A DNA stretch of 63,807 nt, the filler included, from Olpidium bornovanus S191 (taxonomy: Eukaryota > Fungi > Olpidiomycota): NCBI GenBank assembly GCA_017911155.1. It is 29 parts of 29 records of this genome, joined end to end, with 100 filler letters (N's around TTAATTAATTAA, not from the genome) between each part and the next. Parts side by side here need not be neighbours in the genome. Positions count along the whole stretch, not along the records: positions 36,552 to 38,622 come from JAEFCI010006989.1; positions 38,723 to 41,455 come from JAEFCI010012510.1; positions 41,556 to 43,641 come from JAEFCI010012123.1; positions 43,742 to 47,984 come from JAEFCI010001435.1; positions 48,085 to 50,095 come from JAEFCI010013135.1; positions 50,196 to 51,470 come from JAEFCI010011574.1; positions 51,571 to 54,114 come from JAEFCI010002499.1; 22 more parts are not named here. One strand, given 5' to 3'. The notes beneath the pieces are model-generated. The model was not told the origin of the DNA. It saw only the letters and a program-made list of their open reading frames with translations, and did no database searches. Positions 36,552 through 51,879 of this stretch are shown piece by piece (the stretch's first letter is position 1; each line of letters opens with the position of its first letter). Both the position numbers and the translations under genes were made by a program.

Positions 36552-38318
36552 CATGTACGGCGACGGCCCCCGGTCCACGACGAGATCGTTGAGGATCTCG
36601 AAGGTCTCGCACGGCATCGTGGCGTAGACCGTCGGGTCGACGGTTCGGCGCTGGCCGTGATGATGCTGCTGGTCCGGCCGGAAGGGCGGGATTTGGCCGG
36701 AAGCCGCCGACGTGTGCACCGCCTCGAGCTTCGGGATGGACTTCGGAGCGGGCCCGCGCTTCTCGATCCGGCGGCGGTGCAGGTTCGACTCGGGGGCCGG
36801 CGGCGAGGCCGCGGCTCCGTTTGGGAAACTGGCAGAAGGGTCCTGCGACGGTCCGGGCACGTCGAGCTCGGTTCCCGGCTTGGTCGTGAACAGCGGCACG
36901 GAGGAGCTGGACGCCGTCGAAGAGGTCGAAACGCATCGCGCCCGTTCGCTCGCCTTCCGACCCTCCCCGTTCGCCGCCTCGTGTTCCAATATCCAATCCG
37001 CGCTGCTCTGCCGGGTGAGATCCTTTTTCTTTCTCACCGACTTCCCGACCAGCGCCGCGACCCTCTTCGCCTCCATCTCGGTCTCCTCGGTCCGGTCGCA
37101 CCGGTATACCGTGCAGGTGAACCTCATCCTGAGATTCACCCGCACGCCGCTGCTGACGGCTTTCGACAGCACGGCCCGGTGATCCTCGTACTGAAAGTTC
37201 GTCAGGAAACCCAGCGACCCGAGCGAGAACGGGATCACCGGCGGGACCACCCGTTGAAACAGCCAAGAGGCGAACAGGACCGTCCCGTCTCCGCCTAGCG
37301 TCACGACGAAGTTGAACTTCGACGGGTTCTTTGCGCACAGGTCCGGGTTCCAGAAATGGACTTTGTCCTTGACCATGTACGAACATATCATGCCGTCGTA
37401 GTCGAACCTCCGTGACTTACGAAGATTCTCGTCCACGTACCTGAAAGGGTTCATCCGGTATAAGGCCCATATTCAACGCTGCGTCCGGGGCCAACGGAAA
37501 AAAAAAACAAACGCAGCGCAAATTGACGTACACGTTCAATCCACCCTCGTCTCCGTATCGAGTCAACCAGAGTGTCAGCTCGCGTGTCAACGTCACCAGC
37601 TGCGGGTCTCTCGCTTTGGTGATGATGAGGATCGACGTAGGGTTGTCGCACTTGACTCGAGCTCGGCCTGGCCCAGACAAGGGGAAAACCGCGCGGAACG
37701 GCAGCGTCAGCAGACGTGTTTTTTCTTTTTCTTTTTCTTTTCTTTTTTTTTTTTATGACCCCGGGGGGAACAAGTAAGGTGACGAGCGAGCCGAAACAGT
37801 GTGCTGAGGTGCGTCGGCGGAGCTGGCGAACCTATCAGCTTTGCGACTTGGCGGACGTGAACCTGAGTCTCTCCGAGCTTTGAAGTCGGCGTTACCTCGT
37901 GCTGCTTGGATTTCAGCGAGGCGGGCGCGCGGCGAACGGGCCCGCGCGCAGATTTCGAAAGCAGGTCGGTAAGGCAGACGGAAGGGTCGATGAGGGCAAG
38001 CACGGTGCCCAAGTCGACGGTCGCCGGCGACCTCGGCGTGTAGGGGACGAAGCTTTCTCCGTGAAAAGTGTATCGTCGCGGCTGAGTGCTGCTCGAAAGC
38101 GGTTCGGCCGTCGTTTCTTTTAGCACGCCTTGGGTTTGAAACGCCGGGATGTGAATGGCGACAGTGCCGCCCGCCGCACCCCGCGCGGCGGCACCGGCCT
38201 GCGCGGGAGATGTTTTGTCCGGCGGGGAGAGCGCCTCTGACGCCCGTCCCTTCGTTGGGATAGTAAGTCCCGCCGGCGGACGCTCGTCAGCCGGCGGCGG
38301 CCCTTCCGCGGACGACAT
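36552..38318 (-). CDS. NAD(H) kinase (Utr1/Yef1-like), 3' partial
   Basis: ILIITKARD, FVVTLGGDGTVLFASWLFQRVVPPVIPFSLGSLGFLT, NLRMRFTCTVYR and EILNDLVVDRGPSPYM. Confidence 0.95.
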
Positions 38319-38547
38319 TTGCGCCAGGCGGGTTTGTACGGGGCGGGGGCTAAGGACAGGACGGGCCGGGCCCACTCCGCCTCCCGTTGCCACCGACGCC
38401 TCGCCCCGCGGGGGGTGAGGCCCCGCCCACCCGCCTCCTCGCACCCTCCAGGGGAGGCCGCCGGGCGCGCGCCTGTTTTGCGGCGAACTGCGGCGGGGGC
38501 GGGGGCCGGGGCAGAGGGGGGGGGGGCGTGTTCCGGGGCGGGCTGGT

Positions 38548-38588
<41 letters not shown>

Positions 38589-38722
38589 GAGGGGGGGCGG
38601 GGGGGGGGGGGGGGGGGGGGGGNNNNNNNNNNNNNNNNNNNNNNNNNNNNNNNNNNNNNNNNNNNNTTAATTAATTAANNNNNNNNNNNNNNNNNNNNNN
38701 NNNNNNNNNNNNNNNNNNNNNN

Positions 38723-40288
38723 CATGAAAACCGGCAGGTCGCCTGGGGGAGGGGCCTCCGGGGAGGACAGTCGGGGCCGCTGGACGTTGTAGGGGTTGGC
38801 GAAAAAGTCGTGATCGGCCGCGTTGTCCGCTTTCGGAAAGTGGCGAAAAATCGCGTCCAGGACGCGGGGGATGTTGTCCCGCGGGGCATAAATGACCGGG
38901 TTCGGCCCGGCGTCAAAGGTGTACGCCGCGACGGGGCCGTCGCCGCCCTGGTCGTTGAGGTGCCTGATGACCTGCATCACGGCCTCGGAGGCGTCGCTGA
39001 GGTAACAGATGCGCGGCTGCGTGTCCGCGCACACGGCGTGGAAGTTGTCGGAGTCGAGCATGGTGAGCCTGGCGAAGGTCGGGAAGTCTTTGGCCAGGAC
39101 GGCGCGCTCCATCTCCGCCATCCTGCGTGGCACAACCTCTTCGGCGCGGTGGCGCAGCAGCCACGACGTCTCCACGGCCTTGCGCATCGCGAGCGTGCTG
39201 CTCGTGTGCTTCTTCCGGCTGCTGGCCACCAGCACCAAGACCTCCAGTTCGGGCCAGTGCCGCTCGTCGGCGACCTGCGCGGCCTCGCTGTCCTCGCCGT
39301 CGGCGCGGGTGCCCATCCTCCAGGCCACGAAACCTCCGAACAGCGAGCGGCAGGCGGATCCCGATCCCCGGCGGGCGATGCGCGACAGGTCGGTGAGGGA
39401 GAGGACGCCCGGTGTGAGCTCGTACAGCCTCGCGACCGCGTAGACCAGGCAGGCAAAGCCCGAGGCGGACGAAGCCAGGCCGGCGGCGGTGGGGAAGTTG
39501 TTCTCGGAACAGATCCGGAGCCCGAACTCGGACAGGCGGCAGGCGCCGTCCGGAGCGCCGGCGGCGGCGCCGCCGCCGCCGCCCCCGGCCGCAGCCTCCG
39601 GCGCCTCCGGTTTCCTCCCGCGCGCCTCCCGCTGCCGGCTTTCCTCCAGCCGCCGGCGGCAGCGCACCAGCTCCTCCAGGCACGCGGTCAGCCGGCGGTC
39701 CCCGTCCACGGGCTGCTCTTTCCCGTTCAGCCACAGCCTGCGGCCTTTGAATTCGGGCGAGGCGGCTGCCGTCGTGCGCGTGCAGAGCTGATCCTGCGAC
39801 AGTGTCACGGACAGCGACGAGTTGGTCGGAAGCAGGAGTTCCTCGTCACGCTTGCCCCAGTACTGTTTTTTTTTTTTTTTTTTTTTTTTTACGCGCGCGG
39901 ACGAAAAGAAAAAAGAAAAGAAAAGAAAAAAACATCGAGACGCGTGCGAAGTGAGGTTTCGCGAGGGACGTCCCCTCATTTCCTCGCGACGCGTCAAACT
40001 GCCACCTCAGAGGCCACTTGCGGGCCGAGTCAAGCGGCAAAGGGACCGCGGAAGGTCTCCCTCCCTCCACCCCCCCGCCCGCCTCTCCCTCTCTCTTTCC
40101 CTTTCTCGCACCTTTATGACGGCGATGTTCACCGGAGCGGTGCAGGTGGCGACCCGGCGCACCCGGGGGTTCGCGGCGCCGCTTCCGCCTGCTTTTTCCG
40201 CCGGCGCGGCCGCCGCGCGGAGCTCCTCGTGGCGGAGGCCACTCCCCTCGTCCGCATGCGCCTGAGCTGGGGGGAGTTCGACGGCCAT
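38723..40288 (-). CDS. MVD1: Diphosphomevalonate decarboxylase, 3' partial
   Basis: ATCTAPVNIAVIK|YWGKRDEELLLPTNSSLSVTL, SENNFPTAAGLASSASG, ARRGSGSACRSLFGG, DSDNFHAVC and AYTFDAGPN. Confidence 0.97.
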
Positions 40289-41102
40289 CCTCGACGGTGT
40301 GCGTTGTGGCGTTTCAGCGGTGTTCCTCTCCGGGTCTCGCGCTCCTCTTCTTCCCTGTTGGACGAGGGCGGGGAATTGCCTGAATTTCCGTTGTGGTCCC
40401 CCGCGCCCCGCCCCTCGCCCCTCGCCCCTCGCCCCGCCCTTCGCCGCGCCGGCCTGCGGTCCCGGACTGTGAGACCCGCAAAAGCACGGCCGAGAGACCC
40501 CGCCGCGCCCTGCCGCCTTGTTGTGGCGCCTGGCGGGCGCGGGAGCACGGCGCGGGAGGACGTGCGGGGCTGGCCGGCTTCCCCGGGAGGGGGGAAGGCG
40601 TCGCAGAGGCACCGTCGGGTCTTCGATGTGGTTGTGGTTAGAAATAACATTAATGGCCTTAAAATAAATGACGGCGTTGGCACTTCAGGTACTTGACAGT
40701 GCATTTGCGCTTTTTATTCCCACACGAAACTTCCCAATCCCAACTTGCCACTCGACAAAAACCATCTAAATGCATTGCGCACACAACAGCTTCGGACGTA
40801 CGGCTCTCAAGTATCGGTACCCTTTTCAGGAACTGCTTCTGAAATTGTTAAAGTTCTTTAACGTCCCGGGTCAAAAAAGGTAAAGTGCGGGAGCAGATCC
40901 GGCAATAACATAGCAGAGCTCTGCTAATAACCAGCCGGCACTTCCAAGCAGTGGCAGCACGCGGGCGGTATCAGATGCCGCTCAGTGCCCAGGTCGAGCG
41001 CAAAGTCAAGGGTGTGTATTATGCGCAGCATGACTAAAATTGCCATCGATAACAATGCCGCGCCACAGGTTACGAGACCCAAAGAGGCATACTTCCAGGT
41101 GA

Positions 41103-41456
41103 TCAGAGCATCATGAGCCCGATGCCGCTGTTGGCCACAGGGCGGGTCCGCCAGTTGTAGAGATAGTAGTTGAGGCTGCCGTCGCCCGGTCCGAACTTGT
41201 GCTCCTCCAGGAAGCACTTGCTGTCCATGAGCTCAAGAGCGTTCATGACGTCGAAGTCGAGCTTTTCCATGATTTTGAGGCACGGGCATGGAGGGATTGG
41301 CGTCAACAACGGGTTTCACGAGGCCCGCGTAGCTCATGCTGGCCACTGCTAATGACTGGCCAGGGAGTCGGCGGAGCAACCACACGTACACTTTTGGCTA
41401 TTATAAGTGCGTCCCCCACCAGCGCACGCAACCGGGCCACCAGTTCTGGTGCTGGN
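41103..41456 (-). CDS. NMT1: N-myristoyltransferase C-terminus, 5' partial
   Basis: LVGDALIIAK|..FDVMNALELMDSKCFLEEHKFGPGDGSLNYYLYNW..GIGLMML*. Confidence 0.93.
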
Positions 41457-41653
41457 NNNNNNNNNNNNNNNNNNNNNNNNNNNNNNNNNNNNNNNNNNNT
41501 TAATTAATTAANNNNNNNNNNNNNNNNNNNNNNNNNNNNNNNNNNNNNNNNNNNNTAATCCTTCCCTGAAGTGTTGTCTTATAGTACAGCCGGGTGAGCA
41601 GCTACGGAGCGGAAGAGCACATTGAGCACATTGCATTTGAAAAAACCTCACGG

Positions 41654-42070
41654 GGCCATATGAGAGGACAAACATGGTCTTTGGGCCTAGCAGCACGGGC
41701 TCCGTTATGTCATCGCCGTTTTCATTCCGGCAAACCACATATTCTTCCTAAGGACCCGAGCGACCGTTAGGCGGACCTCGTTCGGGGCATGGAAAAATGG
41801 GATGCGAGCCCATTCGTTGCCCGGCTCCTGGACGGAGTTGTGATCGTTCGCGCCGCCAAGGCCTTGAATAAGCTCCGCGGCTCTGTTGTCCGTCATATAA
41901 AGACGTTTACCCTTGTATGCGGAATCAACACCGCCCTCACCCGGCAATGGGACCCCCGTCTTGCTGCCGCAATGATTATACCCATTCCAAAAATGTTCTT
42001 CAAGCGTCGTCGCAAGCGCCGTACCCCTCTCTCTGACGGACTTTCGAGCTGCGGAATGATCCAGGCTAGC
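41654..42070 (-). CDS. Unidentified multi-exon coding sequence
   Basis: Exon-like open segments (..EHFWNGYNHCGSKTG.., ..EWARIPFFHAPNE, EECVVCRNENGDDITEPVLLGPKTMFVLSYGP) with a CTAAC branch point and GT-AG sites. Family not recognised. Confidence 0.35.
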
Positions 42071-42552
42071 GCCGAAAAAAAAATAATCCGGGAATTCGGG
42101 AAAGTCCTGCGGGCTAAGGGCTGGGTGGAGCGTAACGCTGCGCGTGTTCTGCAATGACCGCACGAACCATCCGAAAGCACTTTCACCTTGGCCCCGCCCC
42201 ACGCCTCCCCCTGCGCGCGCGCGCGAGCGAGTTTATGCTGAAGCGTGAGATGAAATGCAAAATGTGTATTTGTGCGAATGGAGTTTGGTTCGAGATGGAA
42301 TGAAAACAAGCAGATAAACCGGAAGAGGGTGGGCCCTGAGGGGAGGGGCGACCGCGAAATTTTTGCCTGCGGGGAACCCGGCACAGGAGTGAATGACACT
42401 CAGGAAAATAGAAAAAAATAAAAAAGAGAGAGAAGAGAGAGAAACCGGGCGCCGCGTGCGCAGATATTCGATGCTAAGCTGCTCCCGAGGACGTCCCCGC
42501 CTACTTTCTTTTCCTTCGCTTTTTTTTTCTTTCCCTTTCCCGCCGCCCAAAT

Positions 42553-43049
42553 CTACAAGATTGTGCAAGTCTTGGACTTTTTGCCCGCCGCCGACGGGGC
42601 GGCGGCGTCCGAGCCGCCGGCGGCACCCGCTTCGGCGCCCGTGTCGGCCGTCGGGGAAGCCGGCCCCTTGCCCTTGGCGCCGCCCTTGGACTTTTTGGCC
42701 TTTTCCTCTTTCTCTTTCGCCTTGATGGCGGCCTTCTCTTCTTTGGCCTTCTCTTTTTTCGCTTTTTCCGCGGCCTCCTTCTCCTTTTTGTCCTGGCCCT
42801 TCTTTCCGGACTTGGGAGCGTCCGCGGGCGCGGGTGACGCGGCGGAGGCGCTGGACGGCGAGGCGGAAGCGCCGGGCTGCGGGCCCGCGATGGCGAGGCC
42901 CCCGGGCTCGGTAGGCGGCTGGTCCGCGGCTGCGCTCTTGCTTTCGTCGGCCGCGGCGTTCTTGTTTTCGTCGGCCGCGGCGCTCTTGTTCTCGTCGGCC
43001 GCGGCGCTCTTATTTCCGTCGGCGGCGGCGGCGGCGGCCGGCAAGGCGC
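42553..43049 (-). CDS. Putative terminal exon of guanylate kinase: AAADENKS repeats, K/E-rich segment, polybasic CaaX (KKSKTCTIL)
   Basis: Acceptor CCCAG with an upstream CTGAT. Phase 1 matches the GUK donor at 43219. The frame is open to TAG at 42553. Confidence 0.7.
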
Positions 43050-43211
43050 CTGGGCAATCAATGCCGCGTTTGGCATAAACGCGCGGGGCATCAGTCCAAA
43101 CTGTCTGGCTCGCGTGGGGCCAGCGCTGTGTTGCGAGAAAAAGTCGATTGTGACGAAAAACGAATTTCCGCAGAGGGAAGGAGGAGTGGGGCGGACGTTT
43201 TGCCGTGATCA

Positions 43212-43641
43212 TCATTTACCGGTGATGCCGACGACGTACTCCTTCAGCTGCTTGTAAGCATCGTCCAGAGACTCGTTGACGATCACCAAATCGTGAGTTC
43301 CGGGCTGCGCGGCGTATTCCAGCTCGGCTGTCGCCATGGCAAGGCGGTCCTTGATCGCCTGTTCCGTCTCAGTGCCACGCTCACGCAAACGCTGTTCCAG
43401 CACGTCCACCGAGGGCGGCTTTATGAATACAAACCGGGCGTTTAGGTCGGTGTTTTTGACACTTTTGACTCCCTATGTGTTGACGTGCCGGACGACGTTG
43501 CATTTCAGGCCTTTGTCGGCTTTGGAGGACGTCATCCCATTTGGCCATTTGGGATTTCATATCCCCTGACGAAAAGGCCTACACCCCCCCTCCTCACGCA
43601 CAAGTCACCCTTCATTCTCCCCGCACTTACCTGCATGTCAA
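43212..43641 (-). CDS. GUK1: Guanylate kinase C-terminal part, 5' partial
   Basis: DMQ|GVKSVKNTDLNARFVFIKPPSVDVLEQRLRERGTETEQAIKDRL..DLVIVNESLDDAYKQLKEYV. Confidence 0.95.
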
Positions 43642-43741
43642 NNNNNNNNNNNNNNNNNNNNNNNNNNNNNNNNNNNNNNNNNNNNTTAATTAATTAANNN
43701 NNNNNNNNNNNNNNNNNNNNNNNNNNNNNNNNNNNNNNNNN

Positions 43742-47247
<3,506 letters not shown>

Positions 47248-48227
47248 GTAAACAGGCCACTAGATGTGCTGGTCGCATTTTCACCGGCCACCAGCGCGCG
47301 TTTCTTGACGCACATGCCAAACAATAAAAGCGAATGCCAGAGAATTGTTTACATTGGGGGTTTGGCAACAGTTGTCCTTGATTTGCGTTGTTGAATGGGG
47401 ATGGCAGCGTGTTGTCGTTCCCCCTCCCCTTCCCCCACCCCCCGCGTATTGTAATTGTGAAAATTTCTCAAAAAAAGCATTTCCCTCGTCGCCACCTTGG
47501 CGAGCACGCCTTTGTCCGGAGCACGTACACGGCGGTGCCGTAAAGAAAATGGCGGCGGGGAATTCCTGACACACGTGCTGGGCGCAATAGGAACTGGGCC
47601 GGGACTAACGCCAAGTTTGACGACACCGGCACCCCTCCCAGTTGATCAATTAGTTAAGTAGAGATGCTTCCTCTGAACCAACACCTTCAACCGAGAATCA
47701 TGGGTTACGAGCCGAAAATTCAACGGCAGTATAATGAACGAACAAAGCGGTTGCTTGCTATTTGTGCTGTCGCACTGCCCTCAAACCGCCCGTCGACCGA
47801 CGCCACGGAAGGCGGGCGGCGGGCGAAGGCGGGCGGCGGACAAGGGGCGGCGGGCGAAGGGCGCAGGGCAAAGGGCGAGAGGCGGTCGAAGGGCGGGGGC
47901 GGCGGCGGGATCGAGGGCAGGGCGGCCCCCGAACCCGGGGGCCGACCAATAGAATAGCCCCCCTCGAAGCCCGCCAATCGAAGANNNNNNNNNNNNNNNN
48001 NNNNNNNNNNNNNNNNNNNNNNNNNNNNTTAATTAATTAANNNNNNNNNNNNNNNNNNNNNNNNNNNNNNNNNNNNNNNNNNNNCATGTCAGGTAGATTT
48101 AAGTGCTTGTCAGCAGTTCAGCTTTAAACTGCAATAGGATGGAACAGTGAGTCCGCTCTGGAGGTCAAAGCTGTAGGATGGGCGATCAACGAATTATTCT
48201 GATAAAATGGACGTGAAAAAAGTGCGA

Positions 48228-49843
48228 CTACTGGTAATTGTCTGCTTCGTCATCCTCCGGTGCCGCTGGATTAAGAGGTTCTTCGTGCTCCTCGTCTACC
48301 GTCAAAGCTTCTGCGACTTCTTGAATGTCGTTATCGGATGCCTCCGTCGCCCTTTCTTCGTTGTTCTCGTCCGCCTGAGAGCTCGGGATCTCGCCGGCGT
48401 TTGTTGGACTTGAACCCCTCCGCCTCGTGACTTTCTCCGACCCCGCCTGGACAACTGGCCCGGCCCAGGCGCTGTTGCACGCAGGACACCCCCGTTCCCG
48501 GGCACTGCCGCCACCGGCGGAGAAGTAGCGCAAGGCACACCGATCGTGAATGCGCGCATCGCAGTCCGGCGATGCGCAGCACTCGCCCCGCTAGCAAATA
48601 TACGGGGTCGTTTAGCATATCATTTCTGCGGAGAAGAAAAACAACAGTCTCATTACACACCCTTGTAACCATCTCCTTGCAAAGGACGCAGTCCCGCACG
48701 TTCTCTCCGTATTCGTTCTTCAGGTACAGCCGGAGCTCGAGGATGGATCGGATACCCAGGGACCAGATCCCATTCCTCAGAATTAGATAGAAGGACGCGT
48801 AAAGTTAAAGACCAATTCCGTCCTGAGAGTACGGGGGTTGGATACCTCGCCTGTTGGCGGGAGGAGTTCCACCAGCTTGGCGCTTATGCGCTCTGCACTT
48901 CGCATCAAATATGACTCACTCGTACTGAAGCCATCCCCGGCTCGTGAGCCGGTCGAGCAGCTTTTGGGCCTGCGCTTTGCTCAGCTGGCCGCTTATCTTG
49001 GAAGTCTGCTTCAGTGCCCGCTTGGATGAAACTTCGAAAGCCTCGTCATCTGCAGTCACAATGACCTCGGTCTGGGTTGGGGTGATTGTCATTATCACAA
49101 ACTGCATCTTCCGCAAGAGTAGCCGGCAAGGACGGTGCGCATTGCGCTATAGACAACGAGATACGTGCAACTCGTTTGAAGAACGCGATCTCGTCTGGCG
49201 TGTATTCCGTGGCCATCTGCGCAACCTCGTCACCGTTGGTGTTGATCTACCGCGACGGGAGAGCACACGCGAGCACGTCAGCCGGCGGCCGGCGGTCCTT
49301 GCTACTGCCTCGCGGGAGCAGGCGTCGTCTCGGATCCCCTTTGCCGGTCTTAAACGAAAATTCCCGGAAAGAAAGGTTCGCGACGCAAAAGCGTTCTCGC
49401 ACGGAACGATTCCGCTGCCGTTACAAAGCTTTCTTCCTCACCAAGACCCACATGACTCCGCCCCCAGGCTTGTCGGAGTGACCAGACCGGATATCCATGT
49501 CGACCAGGTTCAGTTTGGAGTTCACGTGGGACAGGAAGGCCGGAAACTGCGCCTCAACATCGCCTACGGCGGCGGAGACGTTTGGACGCGGGTGGGGCCG
49601 CACCGGGGGGCCAGAGCAAAGCGGTTGGCGCGGGAAAACAGGGTGGGTTTCCTTTCCCACCGGCGGTCAGGACGACGGAAGACGCGTTGCGCCCGCTGCC
49701 AGCGCCTTTCCCCGTTCACCTTCCGTCACCTGCCTGCAGCGTCTGAACAGGTCCTTTGCTTCCGCGTCCAACATGACGCCCCTGGAAATGAACGCCTGCA
49801 CAAACAGCCGGTGCGCGTCGCTGTAGTCGACCTGCGCTTCCAT
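48228..49843 (-). CDS. NSE1: Smc5/6 complex subunit Nse1, multi-exon, apparently complete
   Basis: MEAQVDYSDAHRLFVQAFISRG, LVNTNGDEVAQMATEYTPDEIAFFKR, AQKLLDRLTSRGWL, SLGIRSILELRLYL, a CVLC..CPAC RING-like region and an acidic tail. Confidence 0.9.
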
Positions 49844-50027
49844 GAGAGCGAGCGGCCTTCGACGGTCCCCGGCCTCGCTCTCTCTATTTCTACGGATCTC
49901 TCTCTCGCGCGCGCGCGTCCTCCTCTTCGTCCTCTTCGCGAGCGCGCCTGGCGTCTCCTTGGACGGGCCCGGCCGAGTCGTTCCTATCTTTGCTCTCCTG
50001 CAGACACGTCCGGTGTTGGCGGGCAGG

Positions 50028-50085
<58 letters not shown>

Positions 50086-50375
50086 AAAAGAAAAANNNNN
50101 NNNNNNNNNNNNNNNNNNNNNNNNNNNNNNNNNNNNNNNTTAATTAATTAANNNNNNNNNNNNNNNNNNNNNNNNNNNNNNNNNNNNNNNNNNNNAAAAA
50201 AAAAACCGGACGGGCCAAACGGGCACGAGGATAGCGGAGAAGAAAAAGAAAAAGGAAAAAGAAAAAGAAAAAGAAAAAAAAAAAAAAAAAAAAAAAAAGG
50301 AGGGGAGAGGACTGGTCTCCCCGCGTGCGCCCTGCCGCTTGCCCGGACACGGCCTTCTCCCGCGGAAACGCCAAA

Positions 50376-51470
50376 ATGACGTACGCGCAGCGCGCCGGTC
50401 AGCAGCCGGACGAACCCGCCTCCCCCGCTGGGGGGGACGCGAAAAGCGCCGGAGAAGAAGAGGAGTCCGCCGCAGATTCCCTGCAGGAGCCGCCGGAGCG
50501 CCCGAGTGACGACGACGAGGAGCGCGCCGTCGCAGCAGGCGGCCCGGCGAACGGAGAGAAGCTGAAGCGCGCCCGCGTGACGTCCTCCGGCGCGGAGGAC
50601 GGGGACGACGGCGAGGGCGGACAGGAAAAAGAGGCGGCCGCGGCCGCGGTGGAGGAGGTCGACGACGAGGACCAGAAGAGGAGGAGGAAGCGATCGCACA
50701 CCGGCGGCGGCGGCGGCGGCGACAAGGGCTCCGGTCAGAACGGTTGCGAGGCGTCCGAGGACGGCGCGAAAGAGAAGGGGACGCGGGACGTCGCGGGTGA
50801 GTGAGCCCCCGCGCGCGGCTGCGTCGCCGTTCCGTCGCAGAGAACCCGCACCCCAGTCAAAATGTCGCCTACCCTTCTTACGTTTCTGGCCCCGGAACTC
50901 GGCTTCCGGCGCAGAAAACTGCACGCCCGCGGTCGACGCCCAAACGCCGGCCTCGGCGTCGGCGCCAGACGCGGTTTCTGCCACGGGCTCGGCCGCGCCC
51001 TCTCTGCCGTCGAACGGCTCCGAATCCACCGCGCCAGTGAGCCTTCCGTCGTGGGTGAAAGCCATCCCGTCTTCGAGGACGCTGCCGACGGCAAACGCCG
51101 CCCTTTCCGGCGAGCAGATGGCAGCCCTCGAACGCGCCAGGGCCTATGCCAGGGAGGTACAGCCGATGGTGAGGCCCTGGTCATTTGCAGTACGCCTAGA
51201 GGTCGATCCACACTGCTTCCCCGCGGGAACGGGGCGCCGACGCTCAATCCTGGCTTTTCGTGTTTGCATCTTTCGGAAACCCCTCAACAGCTGCTCGCCA
51301 AAGTTCCAAAAGCGGCCATCCCTCGTCCCATGCTCCCACTCCCTGGACTCCCGGCCGTCCCGCCGATCCCAATTCCGGGTATCATTACTGGTGCAGACCC
51401 GAGAGTAGTCAACATGATGTCTCGCGTATACGTCGGCAGCATCCCGTTCGAGGTTACGGACCAGCACATG
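50376..51470 (+). CDS. PUF60: PUF60/Half-pint-like poly(U)-binding splicing factor, 3' partial
   Basis: LSGEQMAALERARAYARE (compare EQQEALQKAKKYAME) and NMMSRVYVGSIPFEV (compare AIMCRVYVGSIYYEL). Confidence 0.8.
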
Positions 51471-51580
51471 NNNNNNNNNNNNNNNNNNNNNNNNNNNNNN
51501 NNNNNNNNNNNNNNTTAATTAATTAANNNNNNNNNNNNNNNNNNNNNNNNNNNNNNNNNNNNNNNNNNNNGCCGGGTAAC

Positions 51581-51620
<40 letters not shown>

Positions 51621-51879
51621 GTGAGGGGAGTGTGGAGGAAATGGTGGTTTCCGACCTGGCATTGTACACGTCGAATTCGGGCTCGTTCTGCCCTGTCATC
51701 TGACGTTCCCCGCTCATCAGGCGTCAAATACGCTCCTTCCAGGCAGCAGAAAACGTGTGAATGTGCATCAAGAAACGGCAATGCTGTTCTGGAGGTTGAC
51801 GGAACTGAATAAGGTGGCTGACTTGGGCGATTGCGTCTCCTGCAAAGGGCGGAAAACCATCTCACATCGGACGTGGCGC

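Noticed and set aside
36600-37050. Large insert in the NAD kinase domain
   Set aside because: Variable low-complexity inserts at this position are usual in fungal NAD kinases.
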